Assembly: GCA_964016885.1 (NCBI GenBank)
Contig: OZ024742.1
Location: 140,988,001 to 141,052,000 of the forward strand
Direction of reading: 5' to 3'
DNA: 64,000 nucleotides
From: Eledone cirrhosa
Lineage: Eukaryota
Under the pieces are notes generated by a model that saw only the letters and a list, made by a program, of their open reading frames with translations, did no database searches and had not been told where the DNA came from. Position 1 is the stretch's first letter, and each line of letters opens with the position of its first letter. Positions 39,788-52,229 of this stretch are shown here, in pieces. Position numbers and translations under genes: made by a program.

Positions 39788-40016
39788 ATATATATATATA
39801 TAATATATATATATATATAATATATAATATATATATATAATATATATAATATATATATATATAATATATATAATATATATATATATAATATATATATATA
39901 TATAATATATATATATTATATATATAATATATATATAATATATATATATTATATATATAATATATATATATATATAATATATATATATAATATATATAAT
40001 ATATATATATATATAT
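39591..40016. repeat. (TA)n/(TATATAA) microsatellite
   Basis: Direct inspection. Confidence 0.95.
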
Positions 40017-40438
40017 TGGATGTGTAACAGTAATATACGTGCACGGCAAAGCATAAACGAACTAAGGAAAAAATTAGAGATAAGAGGGATCAGATGTTGT
40101 TTACTCGAGAGAAGGCTACGTTGGTATGGACACGTGATGCGCATGAAAGTCGATAGCTGTATAACAAAGTGCAGGGCAATAAAGATAGACGGTAGTCACG
40201 GAATAGGCAGACCTAGAAAAACCTGGGACGAGCTGATAAACTCCGACATCACACACTTACACCTCTCCAAGACAATGTCACTGGACCGAGACCTTTGGCG
40301 GTACTCAGTAACAGAGAAGACCCGCCTTACCTAAATATATAGTAAAACCTACTCCAGCCAGTAGGCATCTCTAACAAAACACACCCCGTCCAAACCCATG
40401 CAAGCGTGGAACACGGACGTTAAACGTTGATGATGATG

Positions 40439-40440
<2 letters not shown>
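40017..40440 (+). mobile_element. RTE family C 3' end lacking the internal 3' module
   Basis: ORF 40020-40334, then a short UTR joined at ccccgtcc to the terminal stem and (GAT)n tail. Confidence 0.88.
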
Positions 40441-40470
<30 letters not shown>

Positions 40471-40495
40471 TAATATATATATATATAATATATAC

Positions 40496-40528
<33 letters not shown>

Positions 40529-40819
40529 ATTATATATATATATATTATTGCAGGTTCGTCGGGCACTTGCAATAATTTCGGACCAAATTTTCCCGAAATT
40601 ATTGCAAGTATCCAACGAACCTGCAGTTCTAGAATCAGACAGATCCACACAATGATCGTGTCTCGAGCTGTCTGCCGGCGAAACAATTGTAACACACAAT
40701 AAATTGAGTCCAGATGCATCACTGATTTTTTTGTTTTATATTATTTCACACTCTGCTCTGTAAGAACATAGAGTGCTCAACTGGCATACCGCCTATGGAA
40801 GCATCATAGCTACCATTAA

Positions 40820-40895
<76 letters not shown>

Positions 40896-41322
40896 ACTTA
40901 CGAAAGATTTTCTTGATAAGATATATACGCACTTGAATTTTTTTTTTATTAAAAATGACTTAGATACAAATTTAATCAAAAAGTCACTTAAAAAAATCAT
41001 TTTATTTTTATTGGTATTCATTTTATTGGTATTTCATTGTTACTAAATTGGTTTTGAATGAATACACTGGCTCAAATATCTCAAATCAGTAATTGTCAGT
41101 AAATTTAATGGTTGCTGTTAAACTAACACACCAATAGATTATATAGATATGATGACATTGATCAACAAACAATGCCTGTGAAATTCCTCTAATTGGCTTT
41201 TGTGTTTCTAATAACCCTTTCATTACCATATTTCTTCTGAAAGACAAAGTGTATGATTTTCAAATAATTTTTTGAATAATTAAGAAGTTGTTGATCGGAA
41301 CACAATTTAACAAAGTTTCTTA

Positions 41323-42673
41323 CATTATGAAAAATGGCCAGTGTACGAGTCATGAAATACATGTGTGGGTGTGTATGGAGGGGGAATATTAGGTGTAGTG
41401 TTGGGGAATCTCAGGAAGCATGGAGGTTTTAAAGGATGCAGTGTCTCGACAGCTAACAACTGATGCAGGTAGTTTGTTCCATGCTTCAGCAACTCTGAGC
41501 GTGAAAAAATGTTTCCGAAAGTCATGGGAGCTGTGCTGTTTTCTGACTTTGTTGGCATGCAGACGTGTGTTAGACACATGGAAATCAAAAAGGTACTCAG
41601 TGTTGCTGTTGGCAAGATGGTTAATAATTTTCTGGGTGTTTACCAAGTCAGATGCCAGATGTCGGAGCTTCAATGTATCCATGCCCAGGGAAGAAAGGCG
41701 TACAGAGTATGGTAGATGCCTGATGGAGGGTATTCGCTTGGTTGCACGTCTCTGAACAGTTTCCAGGTGGTCAATGTTCTGAGCAAGATAGGGGTTCCAG
41801 ACTGGTGTTGCATATTCTAAGTGTGGCCGCACCATAGCTATATACAGCTTTAAATAGATAGCTGGAGAGTGGCTGACAAAGGTCTTGCTGAATGATGCTA
41901 AGACACCCTCGGACTTCTTGACAATTTTAGAGATGTGCTTCGTCCAATGCAAATCGCTGCTGACAGTAATGCCCAGGTCACATTCACAAGAAGACTTCTT
42001 GATATTAGTGTTGTGGAGGGAGTATGTGGATGCTGGATTTTTACTCACAAAATGCAAGGTGGTACACTTGTCCACAGCCAGCTTGAGTTGCCAGCCCGTG
42101 ATCCATTGTTGCATTGTGTCCAGGTCAGATTGCAGGCAAGATCTATAGTGTTCAGGATCTGTCTTTTTTATCTTAAGGTACAGCTTGATGTCATCTGCAT
42201 ATTTCAGTCCCGTGGCATTCTTTAAGTTGGCATCTATGTCATTAATATATGCCACAAACAAAAGGGCGCCAAGAACAAATCCCTGTGGTACACCAGATGA
42301 CATCTCATATGGTGAGGAATGCTGTCCTAGAACCGTGACTACCTCTCTTCGACTGAGAATGAATGACTTCAACCAGTTCAAAAGATCATCCTTCACACCC
42401 ATTGCAGAGAGTTTTTCCATAAGTCTTTTGTGTGGCACAGAATTGAAAGCTTTAGCAAAGTCAAGGTAAACAACATCCACCCATGAGCCGCCATCAGTGA
42501 TCCGGTGATGTCTTCAAGAGATTCGATAAGCTGATCACAGCAGCTGGAGTTAGGGATAAATCCAAAATGCAAGAGCTGGATAAGACTGTGAGAGTTCCAG
42601 AAGTTCCAAAGCATTTCTCTGACACAGGATTCCATCAGTTTGGCAATGCAGCTAGTAAGACTGACTGGACGAT
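41323..42673 (-). mobile_element. CR1-clade LINE, 5'-truncated (RT + C-terminus)
   Basis: YRPVSLTS, YLDFAKAF, SGVPQG.VLG, YADDIKL, VRPHLEYA..VWNP, VQRRATK, FF.LRV..AWNKLP; frameshift near 42490. Confidence 0.9.
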
Positions 42674-45230
42674 ATAACAAACTTCATACAACTTTCAGTT
42701 TAATCAGAAGATATGTGTGTGTCTGTATATATATATATATATATGTACAAATGTATGTATATTCATATGTGTGTATGTATGAATGTATGTATTATAGAGG
42801 CAGAAGGAAAACTCTGATATAACACCTGCAACCCTGATGGTATCCAATGTTGACTTGTTCTTCTTTTTGGTAAATATCATCTTGGTTAAGAGAGTGGGAC
42901 TGGCTTTGTGCAGTCCCTTTGCTCATTATAAAAGCTTCACGGCACAGGCATTGCTTTATATCCGGAGATCTCTCTGCACTTGTCATCACATGGTACCATG
43001 GGCCCAGCACTATGTGTCAATAATTGTCACAAGTGTAGTGTTTGTACCAGAGTTTTCAAGTTGCTGGCTGGACTAAAAAGTCACACTCGTTCAGCACATC
43101 GGTAGGGGTTCTCCTACATGGATATAAAGTAGTGACCGTACTCGAAAATGAGTTGGCAGCCACCACCATGTATGTGTGTATTTTTTAAATATGCCAGGAA
43201 TTACCAGGACAAGAAGCATTTCCTGAGAAATTTAAAATAATATAAAACAGACCAGGATCCTGAGATTACTAGTCAAAGTTTAATAGATTTAAATAAACTT
43301 TATGTGGCTTTCAATTAATATGTTTTAATGAGACATTTCAGTTATTGCTTGTGATAACACCATATACGATTAGTCGAAATTGATAAACATATTTGTGCAG
43401 AATTGTTTTCTGTTAAATGCTAAACATTCTAATATGATAAATGTTAACATATTGAACAGTGTAACAAATTAATAACTAGAACAAAAGGATGACAATAGTC
43501 GTCTAAAAACACATAGCATTATGAGGCTGTTTGCTTGCAAATAAATCAAATATTAATAATATTATCATATTATTATTATTCAAAATAAAACTCACAAATG
43601 CATTTACGTATCTGTTATATTAAAGCGTAAACAAATTTTGTTTTTTATTTTTGGCAAAGCCAGCCGTAAAATTGCTCGGTATGCAAAATAGGCTAATCAG
43701 CCGATGTATACTTTAGAGAATGATATATATTCTCAAGAGTTCTAGTGTGTAGCAGGAAAAGCAAGATACACAATCTTGACAGGGGGTAATAACCCTGAAC
43801 AATTGTCGAGTGTTTCTCTCTGCTGCTGCTAGATCAAAAGGATGGTAATAGTCATCTAAAACACATAGTATTATGGAGGCTGTTTGCTTGCAAACGAATC
43901 AAATATTAATATTATTATTGTGTTTAGTATTATTAAAATGACTTTAAATAACTAAAAATAATATCCCTCTAAAATTCCAATAGAGTGTATTTCATTATAA
44001 ATATGGTAATGAAACGGTTAATATTTCTGGAGTTAATAAATCCAATTGAATATGTTGAAGCAACAAAAATTGACACCTTACAATATCTACTTATATTCAA
44101 TATAAATAAAGAATGGTATATATTTTCAGCCAAAATAGGAGATACATAATGTAATCCAACTGGTAATTCAATAATAGTTCAACACCTTAATCCTTCAGTC
44201 AATTACAACATCTAACTAATAGTTTATCTACATAACAGTAACACGCTAACATTTTCCAATATAACATCGAGAGCTAACAATAAAATCTAATACAATATTT
44301 ATCTAAGCAATCAATAGAGACAGGAGGATCCAGTCGAAAAGGAGAGAGAGGAGGAAGAAGAAATCAATTACATCTCTACAACACTAGTTGTTAAAATTTA
44401 TAATTCCTTACACTTGTGAATTAGCTATCATACATGTGATACCTTGTTATAGCTAGAGCCTACCCAAACATTAGGAATGCAGCTTGAAAGCACGTATAAC
44501 CAATTGTTGCATGGTAGAAATCACTCTTAAGGAGATTAGCAACTATAAATCAAGATTAAATTGCTAAAAAGTGTGTCAAGTATATACAATGTATATCAAG
44601 GACATACATATGCTTATATGCACAATAAATTTATAGAATATACTATATACCATTCATTCTTTATTCATATTGATTCTAGAATGGACAAAAAAAATAGTAT
44701 TTATGAATTTTAGTCAGCATTATATTATCTTTTTCTCTTACAGGGCTCATTCACTAGACTATGGTCATGCTGGGACATTACCTTAAAAGGAATTCATCAA
44801 TCATATAGACTGCAGCACATTTTTTTCAAATCTGGAAGTTATTTTATCGATCTCTGTTTGTTAAACTGCTAATTTATGGGCCATGAACATACAGTAAACA
44901 TAAATACAGACACAAATACACTTACACACAACGGGCATCTACATAGTTTCTGTCTACTAAATTTCACTCATATGACATTAGTCAACCCACATCTACAGTA
45001 GAAGACCCTTGCGCAAGGTGTCATGCAGTGGGACTGAACCCAAATCTGCACCTATTATATTTTATATTATATGCTAATAATAATTTTGTAAACAAGACAC
45101 TAATACAATCACTAGACTCAGTAAAGCAAATCTTTCAGAAAATAAGAAGAAAAAAACAACAAAGAAATGGCAATTGCAGAATTCACTAATGAATAAGATA
45201 AAAAGAATCCATTATTCTCATAGTAAAAAA

Positions 45231-45261
<31 letters not shown>

Positions 45262-45487
45262 AAATAGTTATTCACATTGGCAAACATAATTACACTGCTG
45301 GGAAGCTAATTACAATTATTATATGTTAATGAAGAATGGTGTTTCATTCTTTCTTTTACTGGCTACATTAAAGGGATTTAGTCAATCATATCAACCCAAG
45401 TGCTTCAAGTTTTCTGTTATTGCTCTCTTTTTGTTGAACTGCTAGGTTACAAGACATAAACAGAAACAGACATGCATATATATTATA

Positions 45488-46130
45488 TCATCATCATCAT
45501 CGTCGTATTAACATCTACTTTCCCTGCTAGCAGGAACTGGATTAGTCTACATAGACAAGGTCAGTACTAAGGGGACTATTGATTTCCCAAATAGGCCAGA
45601 GATCTGCATCTCATTTATGTATGGTCTTACATTCTACCGAGTGCACAGGAGAGGTTGTCATGTCTTTGACACAACTGAGGGTCCTCCCATTCCTTTGTTT
45701 GGAAAGATTTCTATGGTTGGATGCCATTCCTATCACCAACCACTTTACATGTACAGGGTGTATTTAAAAACTAGGGAGGCTGTCATATCCTTAACATGAC
45801 TGAAGGGTCTTCTCAACCTTTTGTTTGGCAAGCCTTCTATGGTTGGATGACCTTCCCATCACCAACCACTTCACAAGAGGGTGTGGTGAGGGTGATGTAG
45901 TGATGTTTAGACTAGCTGTTCAGGCCACATTGTATGCAGGTTGGGTCTTCTTCAGCTCTATGTAGTGCCAGCTCTCATGGTCTTTAATCATTTCTGCTGA
46001 CGTTTAGTTTTCTAAGGTCAGTCTCCACAACCTCATCCTATGTCTTCCTGAGTTTGTCTCTTCTGTGGGTCCCAGCCACTGGGGTTGCTCTGCATATCTT
46101 TATGCAGCTGTTATATTCCATGTGCATCAC
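45488..46130 (-). mobile_element. Old RTE 3' end with duplicated 3' module
   Basis: (cat)n tail at 45488, two ggttggatg..ttcc..accaaccac copies, and degenerate ORF end (KTWDEVVETDL-like). Confidence 0.6.
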
Positions 46131-46479
46131 GTCTGATGAAGGATTTTACATCCGAAAGCACAAACTAACCTTACTAACTCAGAGACAAGGTTAGTAAAGA
46201 ATAGCTGCAAACCAGCGCATGGTAAATATACTAAACTTATACTAACTCTAGTTATAATTTCAGCCTCTAGTCCTTTTAACTTTTAATTCCTTTTCATTCT
46301 TTTTCTTCTCATTTTCTCCTAATGAACAATAAAACAAAACAAAAGATTTACCATTTTAACAAGTTTTATCATGAACTTCTGTTCTAACTACAATCTCTTC
46401 TTCCTTCTTTTTCCACCAGCTTCCTATACCTCATCACCCCACGTCAAGCTTAACTCTCAATCCTCAGTTATGTAACAAT

Positions 46480-47990
46480 ACCATTTCTGGGTGAGAGAAG
46501 CCACCCTGCTCGTCACCTCGTCCCAGTTTTTGTCCGTCTGGAGGTCCGGACCGAACCAGACCCCTAGCAATTTAACCGGTCCGTCCGTCCAGCGCCCGAC
46601 AGCGCTGTTGGACGGCATGGACCTGCCTCTCCAGGTGCCGAGCTGCAGGCCCACTGACTTTTCCTGGTTGATCATTGCTCCTGTCACCGCTTCGTATTCT
46701 CTTAGTGTAGTGCCGATCGCCTCGATGTGTTTGGCGTTTGACACCACTACGGTGACATCGTCCGCATATGCTGACACGGATCTCCGCATCCTAGTTCGCG
46801 CGGGATTCCCCCCCCCCCTCAACGTCTCCAGTTTGTGCAGTAATGGCTCGCGAGTCAATAGGGACAAGAGGGACATCCTTGGTGGACCGAGCGCATGATG
46901 TTGAACGGTTCCGAAAGGTGACCGTTCACTCTCACCACAGAGCAGATGTCGCTGTGCATGGCAGCGATCCAGCTGCTGAAGATGGGCCCAAAGCCAGCCG
47001 CCCTCAGGACTGCCGCTAGGTAACGATGGTCGACCCTATCGAAAGCTTTCAACTGATCTAAATTGATCAAGGACCCACCTGTGCCAGGTTCCCTAGCTAC
47101 CCTCTCTACGATGTATCGCATGAGGTGGAGGTTGCCGTGGATGGATCTGTCAGGAATGGCGCATGTCTGCGCCTCTCTCACCAGTCCACCAATGACAAGC
47201 GCCAACCTCTTTGCTAGCACCTTGGCCAAAATCTTGAACTCTGTGTTTAGCAGAGTTATGGGCCTGAAATTATCTATGTTATCCCCCTTGTTCGGATCCT
47301 TTCTCAGCAGCGCTACCACTCCTCAGCTCACAGAGCTGGGAATTCTCCCGTTCTGTTGCCAGTTGCAGTAGACATCTGCCAAGAGGCCTCCGAACAAGTC
47401 TGGCATCTGTACGTAAAGTTCATAGGGCAGACCATCCAAACCAGGCGATTTACCCCTTGTGCAGCCAGTCATTGCCTCCCATACTTCAGCGGCTGTTATC
47501 GGCTTTTCGCAACACTCCGCCTCAGTGGCCGAGAGCTGCAGCAGTCCATCAAGGTAGACACTAAAGTCCATCCCTCGATCCGGCCCGCCGCTGCCCCCGA
47601 ACAGCTGTGCGAAGTGTCGCTGAAAAGCTTCACACATTTGCCCGGGATCGAGTAGCATGCGCCCATCGTGGTCCACCAAAGACCAGATTGTGGCTTTGTT
47701 GCCACTACGCGGCTCCGCCACTTGGACCCATTGAACGGCTTTCGTCCCCTCGTGTCTGAGAGCACGCACCCTAGCTCTGACAATGCAGCCTTCGTGCTTT
47801 GCATTGAAGAATTGGTCAAGGGCCAATTTCGCCGCAAGTATGTCGGTCGCGATGCCTTTGCTAAGCGCCTCGTCTAATTTTCTAACTAGTTCTCCCTCTG
47901 CTCTATTTTTCTCTATTGCTAAAGCCTTACTAAACCTAATGGACTCTATTTTAATTGCTCTTTTCAGAGCAAACCACCACTTGTTGACAA
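46480..47990 (-). mobile_element. Tx1/L1-clade LINE internal fragment (RT)
   Basis: GKSPGLDGLPYELY, NFRPITLLNTEFKILAK, QTCAI, LDQLKAFDRV, VHQGCP, AYADDVTV; frameshifted. Confidence 0.9.
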
Positions 47991-48300
47991 ATAATGATTT
48001 CTTTATTGGCTACAAAGGCTGACATCAAGAAAAACATTACAGATGACACAGGATGGTACAGGACGGTACAATGTGGGTTTTGTGCGTGTAAATATTTTTA
48101 TTATTTATATAAGAAAAGAAAAAAAAGGTCATAGAAACATATATATATATAAACAATAAAAATGAAAATTGAAACAATAAAAAATTCCCCAATAGGGAAG
48201 GAAACCTCCAAGGGTTACTCGTGGCGAAAACCACACAAAAGACCACGGCCACCCTGACCACCTGGGCAAGCGCCCTCTCTCAATTTTTCCATCTCTCAAA
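47991..48300 (-). mobile_element. Putative Tx1 3' UTR fragment (related: ~55295-55545)
   Basis: Homologous to 57560-57760, which is contiguous with the Tx1-like ORF end. Confidence 0.55.
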
Positions 48301-48616
48301 TAATGATAATGATAATGATGATAATAATGATAATAATAATAATAATAATTTTGCTGATCATGAAATTTGTATGATTTTGTAGTTTTGTTGAAAGCAATAT
48401 TTTTCACCTTGAAGACATCCTCTAATGGATGGTAAGGTCAAAGTGATGTAAAGATCAATATAGAAAGGAATCTGACACAGTTATCAAACTGTGGATGAAG
48501 AACGTGCATAGTTGATTTATTACCATAGCAATAAAAGTTGATGCCGATTCTGAAAGATCATCATTATTTCTATTAAGCCATCATGTTAAAATGTTAAAAT
48601 TCAATAATTAAACAGA

Positions 48617-48687
48617 CATATATATATATACATATATATATATATGTATATACACACACACATATATATACATATGTGTATGTATAT

Positions 48688-48718
<31 letters not shown>

Positions 48719-48809
48719 CATTTGTGTATGTATATACACACACACATATATATACATGTGTATGTATATACACACACACACGTGTGTATATATATATACA
48801 CACACACAC

Positions 48810-48862
<53 letters not shown>

Positions 48863-49092
48863 TATATACATATATGTGTATGTATACACACACACACACA
48901 TATATATATGTATATATATATATATACACACACACACACATATAAGTGTATGTATATACACACACACACACATGTATATATATATGTGTATATATATATA
49001 TACACACACACACACACATACATATATGTGTATGTATACACACACACACACACATACATATATATATATATGTATACATTATATATGTATAC

Positions 49093-49149
<57 letters not shown>

Positions 49150-49160
49150 TACACACACAT
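48617..49160. repeat. (CA)/(TA)/(TG) compound microsatellite
   Basis: Direct inspection. Confidence 0.95.
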
Positions 49161-52100
49161 ACAATTTATTATAGAGTATTTTGGTAGCAAACACTGCCAA
49201 AACTTTATGAATTTATAATCAAGAAAGTAAGATAAATTAGAAGAAGTGGATGATATTCTTTTATTTATTTACTGGTTTCAGCCATTAAACTGGTTCATGC
49301 TGGAGAACCACTGTACTTATTTTTTTCAAGTATGTACTCATTTTATAGATAACTTTTGTCGAACCTCTAAGTTACAAGATATAAATACAAATATAGACAG
49401 AAATGTAAACTCAGACACCCACACATACATGATGGGCTTCTGCAGTTTCCATCTGCCAAATTTCACTCATAAGGCATTGGTCAGCTTAAGGTTATAATAG
49501 AAGACAATTGCCCAGGGCGCCATGTGGTGGGAGTGAGCCTGAAACCACATGGTTGCAAAATAAATTCTTTATCCACACCACCATGCAAGACATAGCTCCC
49601 AATTCATCCAGGAGAACAACAGCTTTGATCAAGTACTGCTAGTCTGTAACGATTAGTTCAACCCATGACAGCATAGAAAAACTGATGTAAAATGATGACG
49701 ATAATGAAAGACCACTATGAAGTTATGATTATATAGTAGAGTATACTTGGTTAAGTAGCATAACTGAATAATTTGAAGCAATCAAATGAAATGCGAAAAA
49801 TAAAATATTAAAATATCTGAAGGCTCTTCAAATTAATTAGTTAATGATCTAAAATCTATTTCATCAATGTTGTCGTGGATGGATTGGGAATATCTGGAAA
49901 AACAGACTCAGTTTACTTCATCAATGTCATCTCACTTTCTAAGATTTGATCTTGCTACCTTTCTCTAGCTTCAAGGCTTATAATGTCAAGAAGGTATTAA
50001 GCATGATGTTTTATTAACTTCAGTGCGTTGATGTGATGGAAGAAAATAGAACAAAATAAGCTATATAACATTATATGCTATTTGCCTCAAGAAGCATATT
50101 AACTAAAATCCACTTTATTTTTTTTTTTTTTTTTTAGCTTTTTCTAGTTTAAAAATAATATTCAACAGTTAAGAACACCCTTCTTTCCCTACTTCAGCAC
50201 TTGATGCTAGTAAAGAGGGATTAAAATATTATAATCACCATGTCCAAGAATACCATTTAGTGAAAGATGTAAAGGAAACTATTCCGTTAAATATCCATTG
50301 ATTACTATAGATTTTCCCTCCTTTCTTAACATGCAAACTGCCAGTCAAACTAGACTGCTGATAACACAAATAAACTTAGATTGCTTGCTTCCTACAAGAC
50401 CCAAGTAAACCAAGTATAGATTTGAAATAATTCAAATAACATTAATATTCCGTTGTTACATTTAAAGTATATATGATTGTAAGAAAGGCTGAGAGTATTT
50501 ATCTTACAAAACAATTTATGTAAAAGATAAAAACGTTCAGATTAAGTTTTATTTGTATACAACAAGAATAGCTATTTGTTGATTCATTGGCATAATGGAA
50601 AAGAATAAGTATGATGATGATGATGTTTTTTAAATAAAGAACTTAGTCTTTTAAGAGCTGTATGTATTGGTTTACAACCACACATATACCACACACATCA
50701 ACAGCATACATACACATACAGAAGCATGAACATATATGGATTTCCCACCAACTGTTCCAATATCCTTAGTTCCAATGCCTTGTTGAATTATCCATTTTAT
50801 CAGACTGTTTACAGAGATCACATAACAACTCAACAGTTCACCTCTGATCCACTAATTATACGCATCCGGTGTCTCTTAAGTGATAGGAATTGTTACAACT
50901 CAAACAGATATTAAGTGTAAATTAAACAAATTACAGAACCAATGCTATCAAATTACTTTTTATTAATGTACAGACTAATATTTATGTTTGACACTAGACA
51001 CATGCAATTTTGTGAGAAGGAGTATATCTAGGTTTAAATGCGAACATAATAAAATCTCAAACAGCATCCTAAAGTTTGCAGAAGTATAGATTTCATAAAT
51101 TGTATTGTATTTACATTCAAACAAAGATATTCAACAAGCATTTTAAGGCAATTTTCCCTGCTAAAGCAGTATTTAACGGTGATGATGATTTTTAATGACA
51201 TGCACTGTCTATGCATTTCAATTAATTTTGAAAATAATCATGATGTACACAGTATATTTAGACATAGGCCTTTTAATAAAACTATGTGTGTCAGTGATTT
51301 CTTAAGAAGGGCTGAATATATAATTTCAACAGAAATATATAGTTATAATGGCCATCATTTTTGTAATGTATGACTTCTCGATCTATGTGTATCTGGTTTA
51401 GAAAAGATCATCTCTATCCCTGTGTGTCATAAGACATGCCAGCCTCAAAAACGAATCCATGAGGAGTATAAAACCTATTAAGAGGCCTGCGAGGTTAACC
51501 CATATTTTATCAAGGAAAATATCCTTAAAGCACATGTATATAGCTTCTTGCTCAGATTGTTAAGATTCCCTCAGCCTATTTAAGTTCTTCCATTTATTTT
51601 TATCTTTACAAATAATTATTTTATTCCTAACTCCATTCATTTTTTTTTTTTGGGGGGGGGGGGATTGGTTAAACACATTCACAAACATATATTCACTTTA
51701 AATGTATAATAAGAGTAAGATTTTCATCACTTACATTTCACAGCTGCAATGTCATTTCTATTCTATTACAAACATGATATAGTTTATCTTTTGTATAGAA
51801 AAAACTTTTTTTCGCCAACATGGATTTCAATGGAAAGCCAAGGTAACACAGTTGAGGGGGAAGAGAATAATTGCAGGTGGCCTCAGAATATCACTCACAC
51901 AGATTAGTAGAGGATGATGGGAATAGTCAAAGATGAAGAGAAATTGTACATGACTGAATCATATGCTGAGGAAGGATAAAAAGGACTGGGTGAGAGTAGC
52001 GAGAAAAATGAAAGACCAAGAATGACATGACTAAAGATGATGATGAAGGAATTGAAAGCCAGTGGCTTGTTAAAGAGGGATACATGATATGACATAGGGC

Positions 52101-52229
52101 TGAATACATGATCTTAACATGAAATGCATAAAACTGCACAGATTAAATGTAGATTCCATAGAAAGTAGTGAAGGCAACCAGTCTAGGAGAGCAGTAACTG
52201 ACAGTGTAAAGGGACATTTTAACCTGGCC

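Noticed and set aside
39591-40049. N-terminal 150 aa of the 732-aa ORF
   Set aside because: Microsatellite read-through; the RTE is 5'-truncated at ~39590.
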